Source of the DNA: a virus
Taxonomy: Duplodnaviria; Caudoviricetes
Direction: 5' to 3' (one strand)
IMG/VR virus record: IMGVR_UViG_3300028832_000109
Span: 44,609 to 108,608 of that record
DNA length: 64,000 nt
Positions within the stretch are counted from its first letter, which is position 1. The number at the start of each line of letters is the position of its first letter. Of the stretch, positions 8,364 through 17,971 are shown in pieces. Position numbers and translations under genes: made by a program. The notes below the pieces were generated by a model that saw only the letters and a list, made by a program, of their open reading frames with translations, had not been told where the DNA came from and did no database searches.

Positions 8364-9904
8364 TACTTCTCCGTGTCACCGGTCGTCGCTGTACCGTCGG
8401 CCAGTGGGCTAGTTTGTTCCGCTTCTTTCGACTTTTTGAGCTTGGCCATGCCTTCGTCGAACCTTGCCTTGAGAGCGAGGCTCACGCGGCGACCGAGCAT
8501 CGAGTGGAAGTAGCCGGACAGGACGGCCGGGTCGGACACCAGACGGTGTTCCATCAGGGTACGCTGCTTGGTGTAGGCCTCGTCCCAGTTGACCGTGATG
8601 CGCCACTTCTCGATGATGGCATGAAGCTCGGCGGGCCTGATGTTATTGCCGAACACGAAATTAGGGCCGCACTCGTTGCAGAGATGCACGCCCTTGTCGA
8701 AATGCGCGTCGGCAATCTGGGCGAACACAACCGAGCCGGAAGCTACCGCGAGAAGAGCGTCCGTGTCGGTAATGGTAATGTTGTAGATGTCGCTCTCCAC
8801 CGTTTCCGGTTCCGTCAGGATGACAAAGTCGAACCCGGCGTCACGTTCCATGGCCATCGTCTCGGTGATGTTCTTTTCGGTGACGTACGGGTTGGCCCAG
8901 TGCATGACATGGCGGACAATCGGAGGGAGCTTCTTCCCGCCAACCGACATGCGCGGGGCAAGAAGCTTCATGAGGCGCGGGTCGAGGTCACAGACAGTGG
9001 AAAGTGTGAACTCGTACTCGTTGCACGAGTGGATGATGAAGTTCTGGACACCTTGCGGTATGTCGGTACCCTTGACGAGAATCTTCGGCTTGCTGATGGA
9101 TGTGTATCCATCGCTTGCCTTGAGGAAGACCTTGTGAGTCGGGTAGAAGAAGCTGGAGACATATGTCGGGATGACCACGATGTCCTTGTCCATTGGCGTA
9201 AGTTTCAGCTGTTCGAGCGCGATACGGAGCTCGTTATTCGGAACGACAACCGTGTCGGCGTAGCTCAGGCAGTCCGTAACAATCTTGGCCTCGACTATCG
9301 ACTTGTTGCGGGCAACCGGGGCATCCCACACGAACTCATCGAGCGTGTATACGACGCGGAGTGTCAAGGAACGGTACTCGTTCGCCTGCGCCATGTACTT
9401 GTCATAGACGGTACCGGCCTCGCGCAATTCGGTAAGTTTCTTGTCGACGCTAGCGAGGTATTCCTCGATGGCCTTCTCATCGTCCCCAAGTGCGGCGACC
9501 CTGCTGTCCACCGCGTCCTGGAATTCCTCGTACGCCTTCTGGGCGGGCTCGTTTTCCACGCGCACCCGTTCGGCATCTTCCTTCCAACCCGGCGCCACGC
9601 GTTCGAAAGCGTTACGCATGCTTTCGACGATGATGTCGTTGAACTCGCGACTGATGATATTGTCGACCCAGACCACGCTGTACACTGAGAGGTCGGGCTT
9701 TGTCCGGCAGAATGTCTTGCTGTCCATCGTGGTCATCGTGACTTCGGCGATGGTACTGTAGAACTGCTTGAACTGCTGCATCGCGTCGTAACCGCGAACG
9801 CAGGACAGACGGGATTTCCCGTCGGTGATAAAGAGGACGTTGAACTCGCGCTTCGTTTCCAGAATTTGGTTGAGGCGCTCCTCGATTTTCTTGGTGTAAT
9901 CCAT
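8363..9904 (-). CDS. Glycosyltransferase-like protein (GT-B/GT4-like, divergent, with coiled-coil insert)
   Basis: 'NVLFITDG', 'VVYTLDEFVWD', 'YADTVVVPNNELR', 'IVVIPTY', 'FDFVIL' follow the order of phage GT4-type motifs; adjacent to the gp47-like gene. Confidence 0.5.
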   Translation of the reverse strand: MDYTKKIEERLNQILETKREFNVLFITDGKSRLSCVRGYDAMQQFKQFYSTIAEVTMTTMDSKTFCRTKPDLSVYSVVWVDNIISREFNDIIVESMRNAFERVAPGWKEDAERVRVENEPAQKAYEEFQDAVDSRVAALGDDEKAIEEYLASVDKKLTELREAGTVYDKYMAQANEYRSLTLRVVYTLDEFVWDAPVARNKSIVEAKIVTDCLSYADTVVVPNNELRIALEQLKLTPMDKDIVVIPTYVSSFFYPTHKVFLKASDGYTSISKPKILVKGTDIPQGVQNFIIHSCNEYEFTLSTVCDLDPRLMKLLAPRMSVGGKKLPPIVRHVMHWANPYVTEKNITETMAMERDAGFDFVILTEPETVESDIYNITITDTDALLAVASGSVVFAQIADAHFDKGVHLCNECGPNFVFGNNIRPAELHAIIEKWRITVNWDEAYTKQRTLMEHRLVSDPAVLSGYFHSMLGRRVSLALKARFDEGMAKLKKSKEAEQTSPLADGTATTGDTEK

Positions 9905-9994
9905 CTCGCTAGTTTCCTTGGTAAGAGTGTCCCGGGCAGGATTATCCCGGGTCGGAAGTTCCTTTGCAAGGAAAACTAGTGCATTTCGGTCTTA

Positions 9995-11104
9995 CTATGT
10001 CGGATAAGTGGCCAAAATTCCGAGAATCTTCTCTTTTGGGTCCTCCCCGGACCAGAAAGTGGGCAGGGACTCCGGGTAACGGTCCATGTACATGGCGGCC
10101 ATGGATATGCTGTCCGACCCGAGTATCCGGCGGGTCTCCTCGTCGTCGAGCCGGCGGGCCTCATCCACGGTGGACACCTCGCCACCATACGGGACCGGCT
10201 TTACGTACAGCGGGTTGGCCGCGTTCAGCTTCTTCTTGCGCTCGCACGAATCGTCGAACGCCCGGCTGTTGAGGAAGCAGTAGCGAACAAAACAGTTCGA
10301 CAGGTCACCCAGGCCGTCAAGGTGTTCGTCATCCACATCCACGAAACGCGGGGACATGGTGTTCTCGACGAACTCCACCTGGCCGTCATCGTCCATCACA
10401 TAGTACCCGCACTTGGTTCCAACGTGCGCGAACGAAAGCTGGTACGGGGTCCCGAGATACATGATGTATGAATTCGGGTCCTTCCCCTTGTTCAGGGACT
10501 TGCAATGGTAGTGCCCGCTTATCACGCGGGTAGCCGCCTTGTAGAACTTTTCCGGGGGGAGGCCGACGTCGGATATCCTCCCGCCCTCCATCAGGCAGTC
10601 CATGATGTCGAAATGCCCGAACAGGACGGTCTTCTCCCGGACAGCCTTGGGTTTCTTGGCCAGCGCGGATAGCCAGTCGCTGAACGCGGGGAGCTTGTCC
10701 GGGAATATCCACGGTACCATGTACCAGGTCAGCCCGTTGAGCTCGAGCTTCTCTATCCCGGAACGGTACACATGAACGTTCGGCAGGAGTTCGAGCAGCG
10801 CGAGGGAGCTCAGCGATTCCTTGTTCTCGTAGAGATAGTCGTGGTTGCCGGCTATGACGTGCACGTCGAAGTCGCGCATCATGTCCCGGAAGAGGTGTAT
10901 GGCGTATGTCATCACCTCGATTGTCATGAACGGGCGGATTGTGAACACGTCGCCGCTCAGCAGGATGGTCTTAATGCCCCTCGCGCGGAACTCGTCGAGC
11001 ATCGCCTGGTGCAGCTTCGGGTACCAGGAAACAACATGCTCCTTGATGGTGTTCTGTTCGCATTTGGGGCCAAGATGTAGGTCTCCGACGATTCCTATCG
11101 GCAT
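9995..11104 (-). CDS. Recombination endonuclease subunit, Mre11/SbcD-like (T4 gp47)
   Basis: Metallophosphoesterase motifs GDLHLG, GDVF, AGNHD, FGHF, SGHYH, YLGTPYQ. Confidence 0.92.
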   Translation of the reverse strand: MPIGIVGDLHLGPKCEQNTIKEHVVSWYPKLHQAMLDEFRARGIKTILLSGDVFTIRPFMTIEVMTYAIHLFRDMMRDFDVHVIAGNHDYLYENKESLSSLALLELLPNVHVYRSGIEKLELNGLTWYMVPWIFPDKLPAFSDWLSALAKKPKAVREKTVLFGHFDIMDCLMEGGRISDVGLPPEKFYKAATRVISGHYHCKSLNKGKDPNSYIMYLGTPYQLSFAHVGTKCGYYVMDDDGQVEFVENTMSPRFVDVDDEHLDGLGDLSNCFVRYCFLNSRAFDDSCERKKKLNAANPLYVKPVPYGGEVSTVDEARRLDDEETRRILGSDSISMAAMYMDRYPESLPTFWSGEDPKEKILGILATYPT

Positions 11105-11661
11105 CTGTCATTCTCCGTGGTTTTATCGCGACCGCTAACGATACGGTCGAAAAGTTCCTTGATTGGAAGACGGGTTTCCTCGGTCCTCCCGTCCGCGGTG
11201 TGCACAGTGGTGCGGATGTCGGGAAATTCCGGCGTAAAGGAACGCTCATCCGGGTCCATCGCCTTTTTCTTCCACTCCGTCCAGCATTCCTTGCACAGGG
11301 GAAGTATGTACCCGCGGGTCATCATTACAGGATAAGCGCCGCACTTGGCACAGAACGCCTGCGACACACCCTCGTAGAGCCGGGTGACCTCGGCCAGTCG
11401 TCTGGAATTCCCCGTACGCCCCCAGTACCACCTTAGGCCACCGAACTTTTCCTTGACGTCGATTACGCGCAAGTCGTCGAGCTTTTGCCCGTCCTCCTTG
11501 GCGGCATTGGCGAAGTCATTCAGCATCTGGCTCCCGAAAGCGGCCATCCATCCCTTTGGGATGCCGGACAGGTAGGTCTGCCCCGGTATGACGGTATCGT
11601 CGACCCGGCGGACCTGGATAAAGGGATAACGTTCGAGAAGTTCTGATTCCTGGTTAGTCAT
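11095..11661 (-). CDS. Conserved phage hypothetical protein
   Basis: 'GW...VKEKFGGLRWY...CAKCG...GYILPLCKEC' pattern common in phages. Confidence 0.75.
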   Translation of the reverse strand: MTNQESELLERYPFIQVRRVDDTVIPGQTYLSGIPKGWMAAFGSQMLNDFANAAKEDGQKLDDLRVIDVKEKFGGLRWYWGRTGNSRRLAEVTRLYEGVSQAFCAKCGAYPVMMTRGYILPLCKECWTEWKKKAMDPDERSFTPEFPDIRTTVHTADGRTEETRLPIKELFDRIVSGRDKTTENDRCR

Positions 11662-11685
11662 TGGAGTTCCTCGTTGCTATCCGGC

Positions 11686-11696
11686 AAATATAGCAA
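11686..11696 (-). promoter_or_regulatory. Extended -10 type promoter TTGCTATATTT
   Basis: Exact motif upstream of 11661 and the gp47-like gene. Confidence 0.7.
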
Positions 11697-11698
11697 AA

Positions 11699-12475
11699 CT
11701 ACTGCGCGGCATCCCCGTCCTGGTCCCGTGGACCGTCCAGCAGACGCTCGTTGTACTTAGTATGCAAGTCGGCCATGACATCGGCCTCGCCCTCTTCCGC
11801 CCATTTTGCAAGCCAACTGTTCGTGTCCTGCGGAGTGACGACGATGGCGTCCTCGGCGACGACTTCCCCTCCGGGAACGAGCGTGGTTCCGCCCGGGCCC
11901 TTGCCGGGTGCCGCCCCAGTCTGCTGCCTGTGGGCTTCCTCCTCCTTACGAAGCATGACCAGCGCCTCCCGGATGCTGTCGAGCATCTTCAGCATAAGGG
12001 CCATCTGGTGCTGGTAGCTCGCCCAGTCTGCCGGTTCTGGGTTCACCAGGTCGTTGATGTCGTTCTCTATCCTAGTGAGCATGACCTTTCCGCGGCGGAA
12101 CAGCTCCATGTACTGGTCCCTGAGCGCGTGGCGGTCCTCCGCGAGGGTTTCTATGCTGAACCCGGCGGACAGCTCCTCCTCCCCGGAAAGCGCGAGCTTC
12201 TCCTTTGAGTCGATAATGTCCTTTTTCGACTTCAGCGCCTTGGCCTCGTTAGAAATCTCCTTGACTTCCTTCTTGGTCGCGGCGAGCCCCTGCTTGGTCG
12301 AGCCTCGGGGAAGCCCAAGAGCATCCTCGACCCCCTCGAACGGGTTGGCCTTGTTTTTCGCGGGCGGTTCCGGAGCGGCAGTGTCCGGCTTTTCTACCGA
12401 CATGGGATTGGAGGTAAAGTCCACGTCAAAAACGGATTCCGCGTCCACGGTGTCGTTTCCATGGTACTCGCTCAT
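11699..12475 (-). CDS. Possible terminase small subunit (gp16-like)
   Basis: Helical core 'EDRHALRDQYMELFRRGKVML...PEPADWASY...LDSIREALVMLRK' resembles the gp16 pattern; weak. Confidence 0.4.
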   Translation of the reverse strand: MSEYHGNDTVDAESVFDVDFTSNPMSVEKPDTAAPEPPAKNKANPFEGVEDALGLPRGSTKQGLAATKKEVKEISNEAKALKSKKDIIDSKEKLALSGEEELSAGFSIETLAEDRHALRDQYMELFRRGKVMLTRIENDINDLVNPEPADWASYQHQMALMLKMLDSIREALVMLRKEEEAHRQQTGAAPGKGPGGTTLVPGGEVVAEDAIVVTPQDTNSWLAKWAEEGEADVMADLHTKYNERLLDGPRDQDGDAAQ

Positions 12476-12720
12476 CCAAGGACCGCCTTTTTCTTTTCAA
12501 GTGGTATCCCGTCCACAATCGGGGGCTTACCCTCAGCCAACTGGCGCGTGGTTTGCTCCGGGATGTCGCCATCGTGCTGGTACAGCTTTTTCACCGCATC
12601 AGCCAGGCTCAACTGCTCGCCAGTATCCTCGTCGACAGCCGGCGCGTCCATTGGTGGATACACGTGGCCGGAATCCGGAGATGGTTTCTCTTCGGTTAAA
12701 GCGTTATTCTCTTCACTCAT
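12472..12720 (-). CDS. Hypothetical protein (82 aa)
   Basis: Start re-assigned to MSEENN at 12720 (ATGA overlap with the uvsY-like stop). Confidence 0.6.
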   Translation of the reverse strand: MSEENNALTEEKPSPDSGHVYPPMDAPAVDEDTGEQLSLADAVKKLYQHDGDIPEQTTRQLAEGKPPIVDGIPLEKKKAVLG

Positions 12721-13244
12721 CTTGGCATCCTCGGGTTGCGAACCACTATAATTTTTCCGATTTCGGTACCGAAATTGTGCACTCGCACCATAGCGTCGGC
12801 ATTCCTGGCATAATAGCGTATGTTGTCCTGCATATTTTCGAGAAACTTGACGAAATCCTCCTGGCATTCGAGACGCTCCTTGATGTCAACCAGGTCAGGG
12901 TCACCTTCCAGCATTATGGTTTCGCCTTCCTTGGACGGAATCCACTTGTGCTTTGTCGTAGCTATCCGCACGTATACGTCGCGTTTCGCCTTGTTGTACT
13001 GCTTGCGAAGGGCGTTGAGTTTCAGCTTGTTTTTGAATGCCAGCATGGCTATATGTATAGCGTTCTCGCCCATGTTGTAGTTGCCCTGACGGTAGACTAC
13101 ATTCGGGTCGGGTTCACCGTTATCGTCGGTTGTCCGGAGCGCCTCGGCACACCATTGCCTCAGACGCGCTATCTGCACATTCACCGGGTCATTCTGGTTT
13201 CCCACCATCTCGTTGATGGCGTCTTCATCTATAGAAAAGGGCAT
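12717..13244 (-). CDS. uvsY: UvsY-like recombination mediator
   Basis: 'KKLNAL...IMLEGDPDLVDIKERLECQEDFVKFLENMQDNIRYY'-type C-terminal helix pattern (LEGDPDL...E.VKFLE) of UvsY. Confidence 0.7.
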   Translation of the reverse strand: MPFSIDEDAINEMVGNQNDPVNVQIARLRQWCAEALRTTDDNGEPDPNVVYRQGNYNMGENAIHIAMLAFKNKLKLNALRKQYNKAKRDVYVRIATTKHKWIPSKEGETIMLEGDPDLVDIKERLECQEDFVKFLENMQDNIRYYARNADAMVRVHNFGTEIGKIIVVRNPRMPR

Positions 13245-13293
13245 ATTCGTTCCTCTCCAATGAAAACTAACAATTTTTTATCGGAAATGCAAC

Positions 13294-13317
13294 AAGAAAG
13301 GGGGCCGAAGCCCCCTT
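13294..13317 (-). terminator. Intrinsic terminator after the tail tube gene
   Basis: Minus strand GGGGGC-TTCG-GCCCCC-TTTCTT. Confidence 0.85.
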
Positions 13318-13342
13318 GCCTGCAAGTTTTTCACGGTTAACG

Positions 13343-14083
13343 TTACTGGCCGACCTTGATAACCTTGTAGTCCGGGTTGAACCAGATGTTCCACCTGTCA
13401 TAGGTAATATCAAAGTTGAACTTCATGAGCGTCGCGTTGTTGTAGTTCAGGGTCTGACCCACACCAACCTTAGACGGCCATGCGTTGATGTAACGAATGC
13501 CCATGATGACGTTCCCGTACTGCCAGTCGTACAGTTCGAGAGTGACATGGGAGTTACGCAGGAGCACCGCCGTCGGGTTGAGGTAGTTCTCCTGCTGGCC
13601 GGTACCGAGGTATAGCTTGTTGGCGCCTTCCTCGATTCGGTTGGTCTCGCTGTTCGTGTCACCCGTACCCTCCTTGTTGAGGATACCGCTGTTGAGGCAG
13701 CTCTGGTTCCAGATGAGCATGGACTCGTAGCAGCGCCCGTCTTCCAGCAGCAACGCGTTGAGCGTCGTCGTGCCGGCGAGGTTCATCTGCTGGACAGGGT
13801 ACTTCTTCTCGTAACCCATGTACCAAATGGAGTCAGACTTGATTGCCGCATCAGGAATCTTCGCGCCATCAGAAATGTGGATGCTGAACTCCTTGGCCGT
13901 CTCGTTGTTGGTCCCGAAGCTCTCGCCGTTGGTAGGCGCGAGCCCGCAGGCCTTGAAGATGGCTGAACTGCAGCAGAAACGCCAACGGGTGCTTCGCACC
14001 GGGTCTGACAAGTGGTCAACGTTCGAGCCGAAGAATATCTTCTTCTTGTCGGTAACTTGTACTCCAAACGGATTGCTAGCCAT
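13343..14083 (-). CDS. Tail tube protein (gp19-like)
   Basis: 'DPVRSTRW', 'LELYD...IRYINAWPSKVG...LNY...FNFDITYDRW'; follows the sheath gene. Confidence 0.88.
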   Translation of the reverse strand: MASNPFGVQVTDKKKIFFGSNVDHLSDPVRSTRWRFCCSSAIFKACGLAPTNGESFGTNNETAKEFSIHISDGAKIPDAAIKSDSIWYMGYEKKYPVQQMNLAGTTTLNALLLEDGRCYESMLIWNQSCLNSGILNKEGTGDTNSETNRIEEGANKLYLGTGQQENYLNPTAVLLRNSHVTLELYDWQYGNVIMGIRYINAWPSKVGVGQTLNYNNATLMKFNFDITYDRWNIWFNPDYKVIKVGQ

Positions 14084-14098
14084 GTTTTCCTCCTTTTA

Positions 14099-17000
14099 TT
14101 AACGTTCGCCCGTTCTGATGTCGGTGGTTACGATGTTCCCGTTAGCCCGGCTGAGAACGTTAGTGGTCAAGAAGATGTACCGGGTACTGAGCGTCGGGTA
14201 CAGCATCAAGTCCACGTTAAGGCGCTTGGCCGCGACAACTTCCGGCGGGTTGTTGCTATCGTCGCACACGACCTTGCTGCCAGTTTCCAGACCGCCGGGG
14301 TTGGCAGCAATAATCTGGTCGAGCTTGGACTGGAGGTCTTCCGTGATATCGGAACGAAGGCCCGGAGTGTTGAGCTGGAACACCTTGGCGTCGAGGTAGT
14401 CGTAGAACATTTTGTGGATTCCAGCGACAAGCATCGTCACGTTAATCGCGTCGAACGCGCTGTCCTCCATCTGCATCGTGAAGTCGCCGAAGTAGTAGAT
14501 TCCCTTCTTGTTGGAACGGATTGCGTTCACGTGAAGGTCGGACAGCTTCGCGATTTCGGATTCAGCATCCTCAGGAATGTTGTACTTCCTCTTGTACTTC
14601 AAGCGGTCACACCATGCGCCAGGAACCCTACCAGTATCCACGCCGGCAGGAACATGCCAGAATATCGACTTGCGGTTCGAAGTGATGAGCGAAGCCATCG
14701 CCACGGACGGAGCCAGTTCGACATTGGTTTTGGTAATGATGGTATCGTGGAATACGAGTCGTCCATCGAAAATCGCGCCCCAGCGTCCAAGGGTCGAACC
14801 GAACTGGCTCGCCGGGGAATCCAGCTTGAGCACCTTCTCGATTTTCTTCTCATCCACGCCGTCAAACAGCGCGAAGCAGTCTTTACGAAGTTCGCAAACA
14901 TTCAGGACGGCCTGCATGAACTGCGTATCCAGGGTTTCGTATCCGCGGAGCCCGAAATTCTTGACACCGAGACCGGCACTCACGAAGAACGTAAGGTCGG
15001 ACTCATCCTTATCCAAGAAGAGGTTGACCGCGTTGGAAAGCGTGCTGGTCGACATGTTGTTCTTCGGGTCATATTTCCACACCGCATTCTTGATTATTGC
15101 CGGGTCATCGATGTTGAAGGCCGGGCAAATCATCGTTCCGGACGGAGCGGGCTTGATACCATGAGGCGTAGAAACACCGGCAACCGTAGAGGAAAGGTCG
15201 TAGGAGTTGTCCTCCCTGAACATTTCCATCACGCCGCTGTCATTCAAGATGAACGTCACGCCGGAACCTTCCAGCTCCCTTTCTGCAGTGTCGCCGATGT
15301 AAAGCTGGCGGTCGTTGTACACATACTGCACGACAGTACCGTCAAATTCATACCGGACACCCTTGTAGCTGTAGGCGATGGACATGTACAGCCGAGATAC
15401 CGCCTCGCCGTCATCGGTGAGGTCATACACTCGTTCAGACTTTCCGGTGAAGTTGACATCCATGTACCTGATGTTTGCCAACCCGAGGCCGACAAAGGTC
15501 GCGCCGATAGTTGAATCGGTCAAAACCTTCTCCGAATGGTCGATAACGCATCCGTTGCTCGGTTCAGCGTACTTGAATGCGGCACCCGCCGATATACCAA
15601 CCGTAGTTTCGTCCAAGGCAGCAGCCGTTGTCGAATTCTGAATCGCTTCCGGCACATACACCGTGAAGTTACCGATGAAATAGATGTCGGCAACCTGCTT
15701 GGACGTGTCGTCGGCAGCAACATGCACCTTTAATGTAGTGCTGGTTGGCGTAGGGGCAACATCCTGGTCGCTATCCCGGGTACCCGGGACTTCCTGGTTG
15801 ATGTTGTCGCAGCGAATAACCACGGAAGATGCATCGACCGTCTTGACGATACCCGTAACCGGGTCGGTGAGTTCGTCACATTCGAACGTGACAGTATCAC
15901 CAGCAGCGATGCCCTCCGGCATATCGGAAATATCCGCAGTAATTTCGACCGCCTGAACGAGATACACCGGGTCAACCGATTCCCCGCCCACAGACACTTG
16001 CTTCAGGTCGAATTCCGCAGTATATCCGCTTGCCACGGTCTTATCGGCAGAATGATTCGAGACCGTCGAGATTGAGGCATACACCGTCTTGTTTGTTTGG
16101 GTAAGATTCAGCAACTGGAATTCACCGTAATCGGTTTCAATCCCATCGCCGAAAGCTTCGACCAACTCAACCGTATCGGTTATCGGGTCAGAATTCTTTA
16201 CCATACCGAAGTACAGTATATTCGAATTGTCGAAATCGCCAAGGTCAACGTTCTCGGCTTCCTGAACCGTTTCCGAACTGGCTCGCGTGATGGCCACGCG
16301 GTCACCCGGCATAAAGTCGATGGCGCCGCCCGGGGCAAGCGTTATTGTCTTGCCGTCCTCGGACTTGACTATCGAGCCTTCCTTCTTGAGAAGGTCACCG
16401 ACTATCATGCTGTTGCCATACGCAAGGTCTTCACCATGCAAAATATCAAGCAACGCGTTTACCGTACTAGATACGGTAGATTCGCTGTCCAGGTACAGTG
16501 TATGGGTATGTTCCGTATCCGCCCATCCGGTGCTTTCGTTGAGAACGTTGACGGATGCGCTTTCAGCAAGTTCAGCGATTGAATCGCCGGATTCTGCCTT
16601 TAACGTGAATTCCGTCCCATTGATTGCCGTAACGGCGACGGTTGCTACCTTATCGCTCCATTTCACCAATACGGTATCGCCAACCCAGATAGAGTTCTTT
16701 GCGGTCGGGATGTCAACCACCAACGACGTATCGTTCTCGTGAACCGTGCCGGGGCTTGGCACATCCGTAGACAGGCGAACATACACTTCACCCCCGTCCT
16801 GGCTGCTAAACACCATCGGAGTACCGGATGGCAGCGCAGCGAGTTTTTCCAGTCCTTCCGGCGACAGGAACAGGGAGCTAAATGTCTTCGCGCCCTTCCC
16901 GGAAACGGCGGTCTTGATGCTCAGATAATCCGAACCGTCATCGACGATGCCGGCCGTATCGGAGTACATCAGCACTGAAGGGATGTAGCGGTACGTGTCG

Positions 17001-17845
17001 ACATTCAGCTTCGTCTGGTCGTCAGCGGCTTCAAGATAGACGGTCTTGTCGACTATCTGGGTAACCCTGAACGTACTCATCGTAGAAACGCGGCCTTCTG
17101 CAGGGCCGTAAACGATATCGTCTACCGCAAACCCTACCTTGCTCTTGGAAAGTACGGTAAGCTCGCCCGAACCGGTACGTGCACTCATCGCAGTATCGAC
17201 GGGGTACGAACTGTACGCCCTGTTAGCGCCGCTCGGGTCGGCATTCATCAGGGCAAACATGACCATGTCGGTTTCTCCGCGGGCCACGCCACCTGCAGAA
17301 ATCCAGTTATTCCTGCTCGTGAAGTCCTCGGCGGCATCGACATTGAAGTCGACGTTGCTGTTGTTGACTATCGTCTCGGCAATGTTGTTGATTTTACGGG
17401 TGACGCCGAACTTCGCCGCGCCATCCACCTTGTAACGGGTAGATGCGAAATGATGCACCCCGATGGATGTGCAGTCAGCGTTTTCCGGGTTGTTTGCCGC
17501 GTTGCGGTCGTAGGTCACGACGAACGTATCGGTTTTCAAGTCGCGCTTGTAGTCGCTGGTCTTGTCGATTTCCTCGCCGTAAGGCCTGACAAACTCAACA
17601 TGACCACCCGAGCTGAGAACGGCGCGTGCACCGTACATGCCCTGGTTGTACCGGGGGTTGTTGAACCCGAGACCGAAATAGTCTTCCTGCTGGGCAGTAT
17701 TCGTCAGGAGGCAAATCTTGTTCAGCTCTCCCTTGGGGGCAAAGCCGACCACCGCGCCTATAGCCCTTGGAGATTCGACCAGGCTGTAACCGGAACTGTC
17801 ATTTATCCCAGTGCGGACGCCGGCCGCTCCCATCCTTGTTGCCAT
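14099..17845 (-). CDS. Tail sheath protein (gp18-like) with large inserted domains
   Basis: N-terminal 'GAVVGFAPKGELN', C-terminal 'RKDCFALFD', 'WHVPAG..TG', 'VNAI', 'SAFDAINV', 'VVCDDSNNPPEVV'; start at MATR after GAGGT. Confidence 0.93.
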   Translation of the reverse strand: MATRMGAAGVRTGINDSSGYSLVESPRAIGAVVGFAPKGELNKICLLTNTAQQEDYFGLGFNNPRYNQGMYGARAVLSSGGHVEFVRPYGEEIDKTSDYKRDLKTDTFVVTYDRNAANNPENADCTSIGVHHFASTRYKVDGAAKFGVTRKINNIAETIVNNSNVDFNVDAAEDFTSRNNWISAGGVARGETDMVMFALMNADPSGANRAYSSYPVDTAMSARTGSGELTVLSKSKVGFAVDDIVYGPAEGRVSTMSTFRVTQIVDKTVYLEAADDQTKLNVDTYRYIPSVLMYSDTAGIVDDGSDYLSIKTAVSGKGAKTFSSLFLSPEGLEKLAALPSGTPMVFSSQDGGEVYVRLSTDVPSPGTVHENDTSLVVDIPTAKNSIWVGDTVLVKWSDKVATVAVTAINGTEFTLKAESGDSIAELAESASVNVLNESTGWADTEHTHTLYLDSESTVSSTVNALLDILHGEDLAYGNSMIVGDLLKKEGSIVKSEDGKTITLAPGGAIDFMPGDRVAITRASSETVQEAENVDLGDFDNSNILYFGMVKNSDPITDTVELVEAFGDGIETDYGEFQLLNLTQTNKTVYASISTVSNHSADKTVASGYTAEFDLKQVSVGGESVDPVYLVQAVEITADISDMPEGIAAGDTVTFECDELTDPVTGIVKTVDASSVVIRCDNINQEVPGTRDSDQDVAPTPTSTTLKVHVAADDTSKQVADIYFIGNFTVYVPEAIQNSTTAAALDETTVGISAGAAFKYAEPSNGCVIDHSEKVLTDSTIGATFVGLGLANIRYMDVNFTGKSERVYDLTDDGEAVSRLYMSIAYSYKGVRYEFDGTVVQYVYNDRQLYIGDTAERELEGSGVTFILNDSGVMEMFREDNSYDLSSTVAGVSTPHGIKPAPSGTMICPAFNIDDPAIIKNAVWKYDPKNNMSTSTLSNAVNLFLDKDESDLTFFVSAGLGVKNFGLRGYETLDTQFMQAVLNVCELRKDCFALFDGVDEKKIEKVLKLDSPASQFGSTLGRWGAIFDGRLVFHDTIITKTNVELAPSVAMASLITSNRKSIFWHVPAGVDTGRVPGAWCDRLKYKRKYNIPEDAESEIAKLSDLHVNAIRSNKKGIYYFGDFTMQMEDSAFDAINVTMLVAGIHKMFYDYLDAKVFQLNTPGLRSDITEDLQSKLDQIIAANPGGLETGSKVVCDDSNNPPEVVAAKRLNVDLMLYPTLSTRYIFLTTNVLSRANGNIVTTDIRTGER

Positions 17846-17885
17846 ATCCCACCTCACATGGTTTTATATGTTTGTTCTGGCGGGA

Positions 17886-17939
17886 AGTTTATCCGGTGGT
17901 CACATTTTTTTCTGATTTTGCCCCCTCTAGCGATAAACT
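17886..17939. promoter_or_regulatory. Divergent pair of ATAAACT late promoter motifs
   Basis: AGTTTAT at 17886-17892 (towards sheath) and ATAAACT at 17933-17939 (towards 17972). Confidence 0.65.
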
Positions 17940-17971
17940 TGGCTTAAACCGAGCAAAACACGGAAATTACT

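Noticed and set aside
9995-12475. Rad50/gp46 partner next to the Mre11-like gene
   Set aside because: No Walker A plus long coiled-coil ORF here; presumably elsewhere in the genome.
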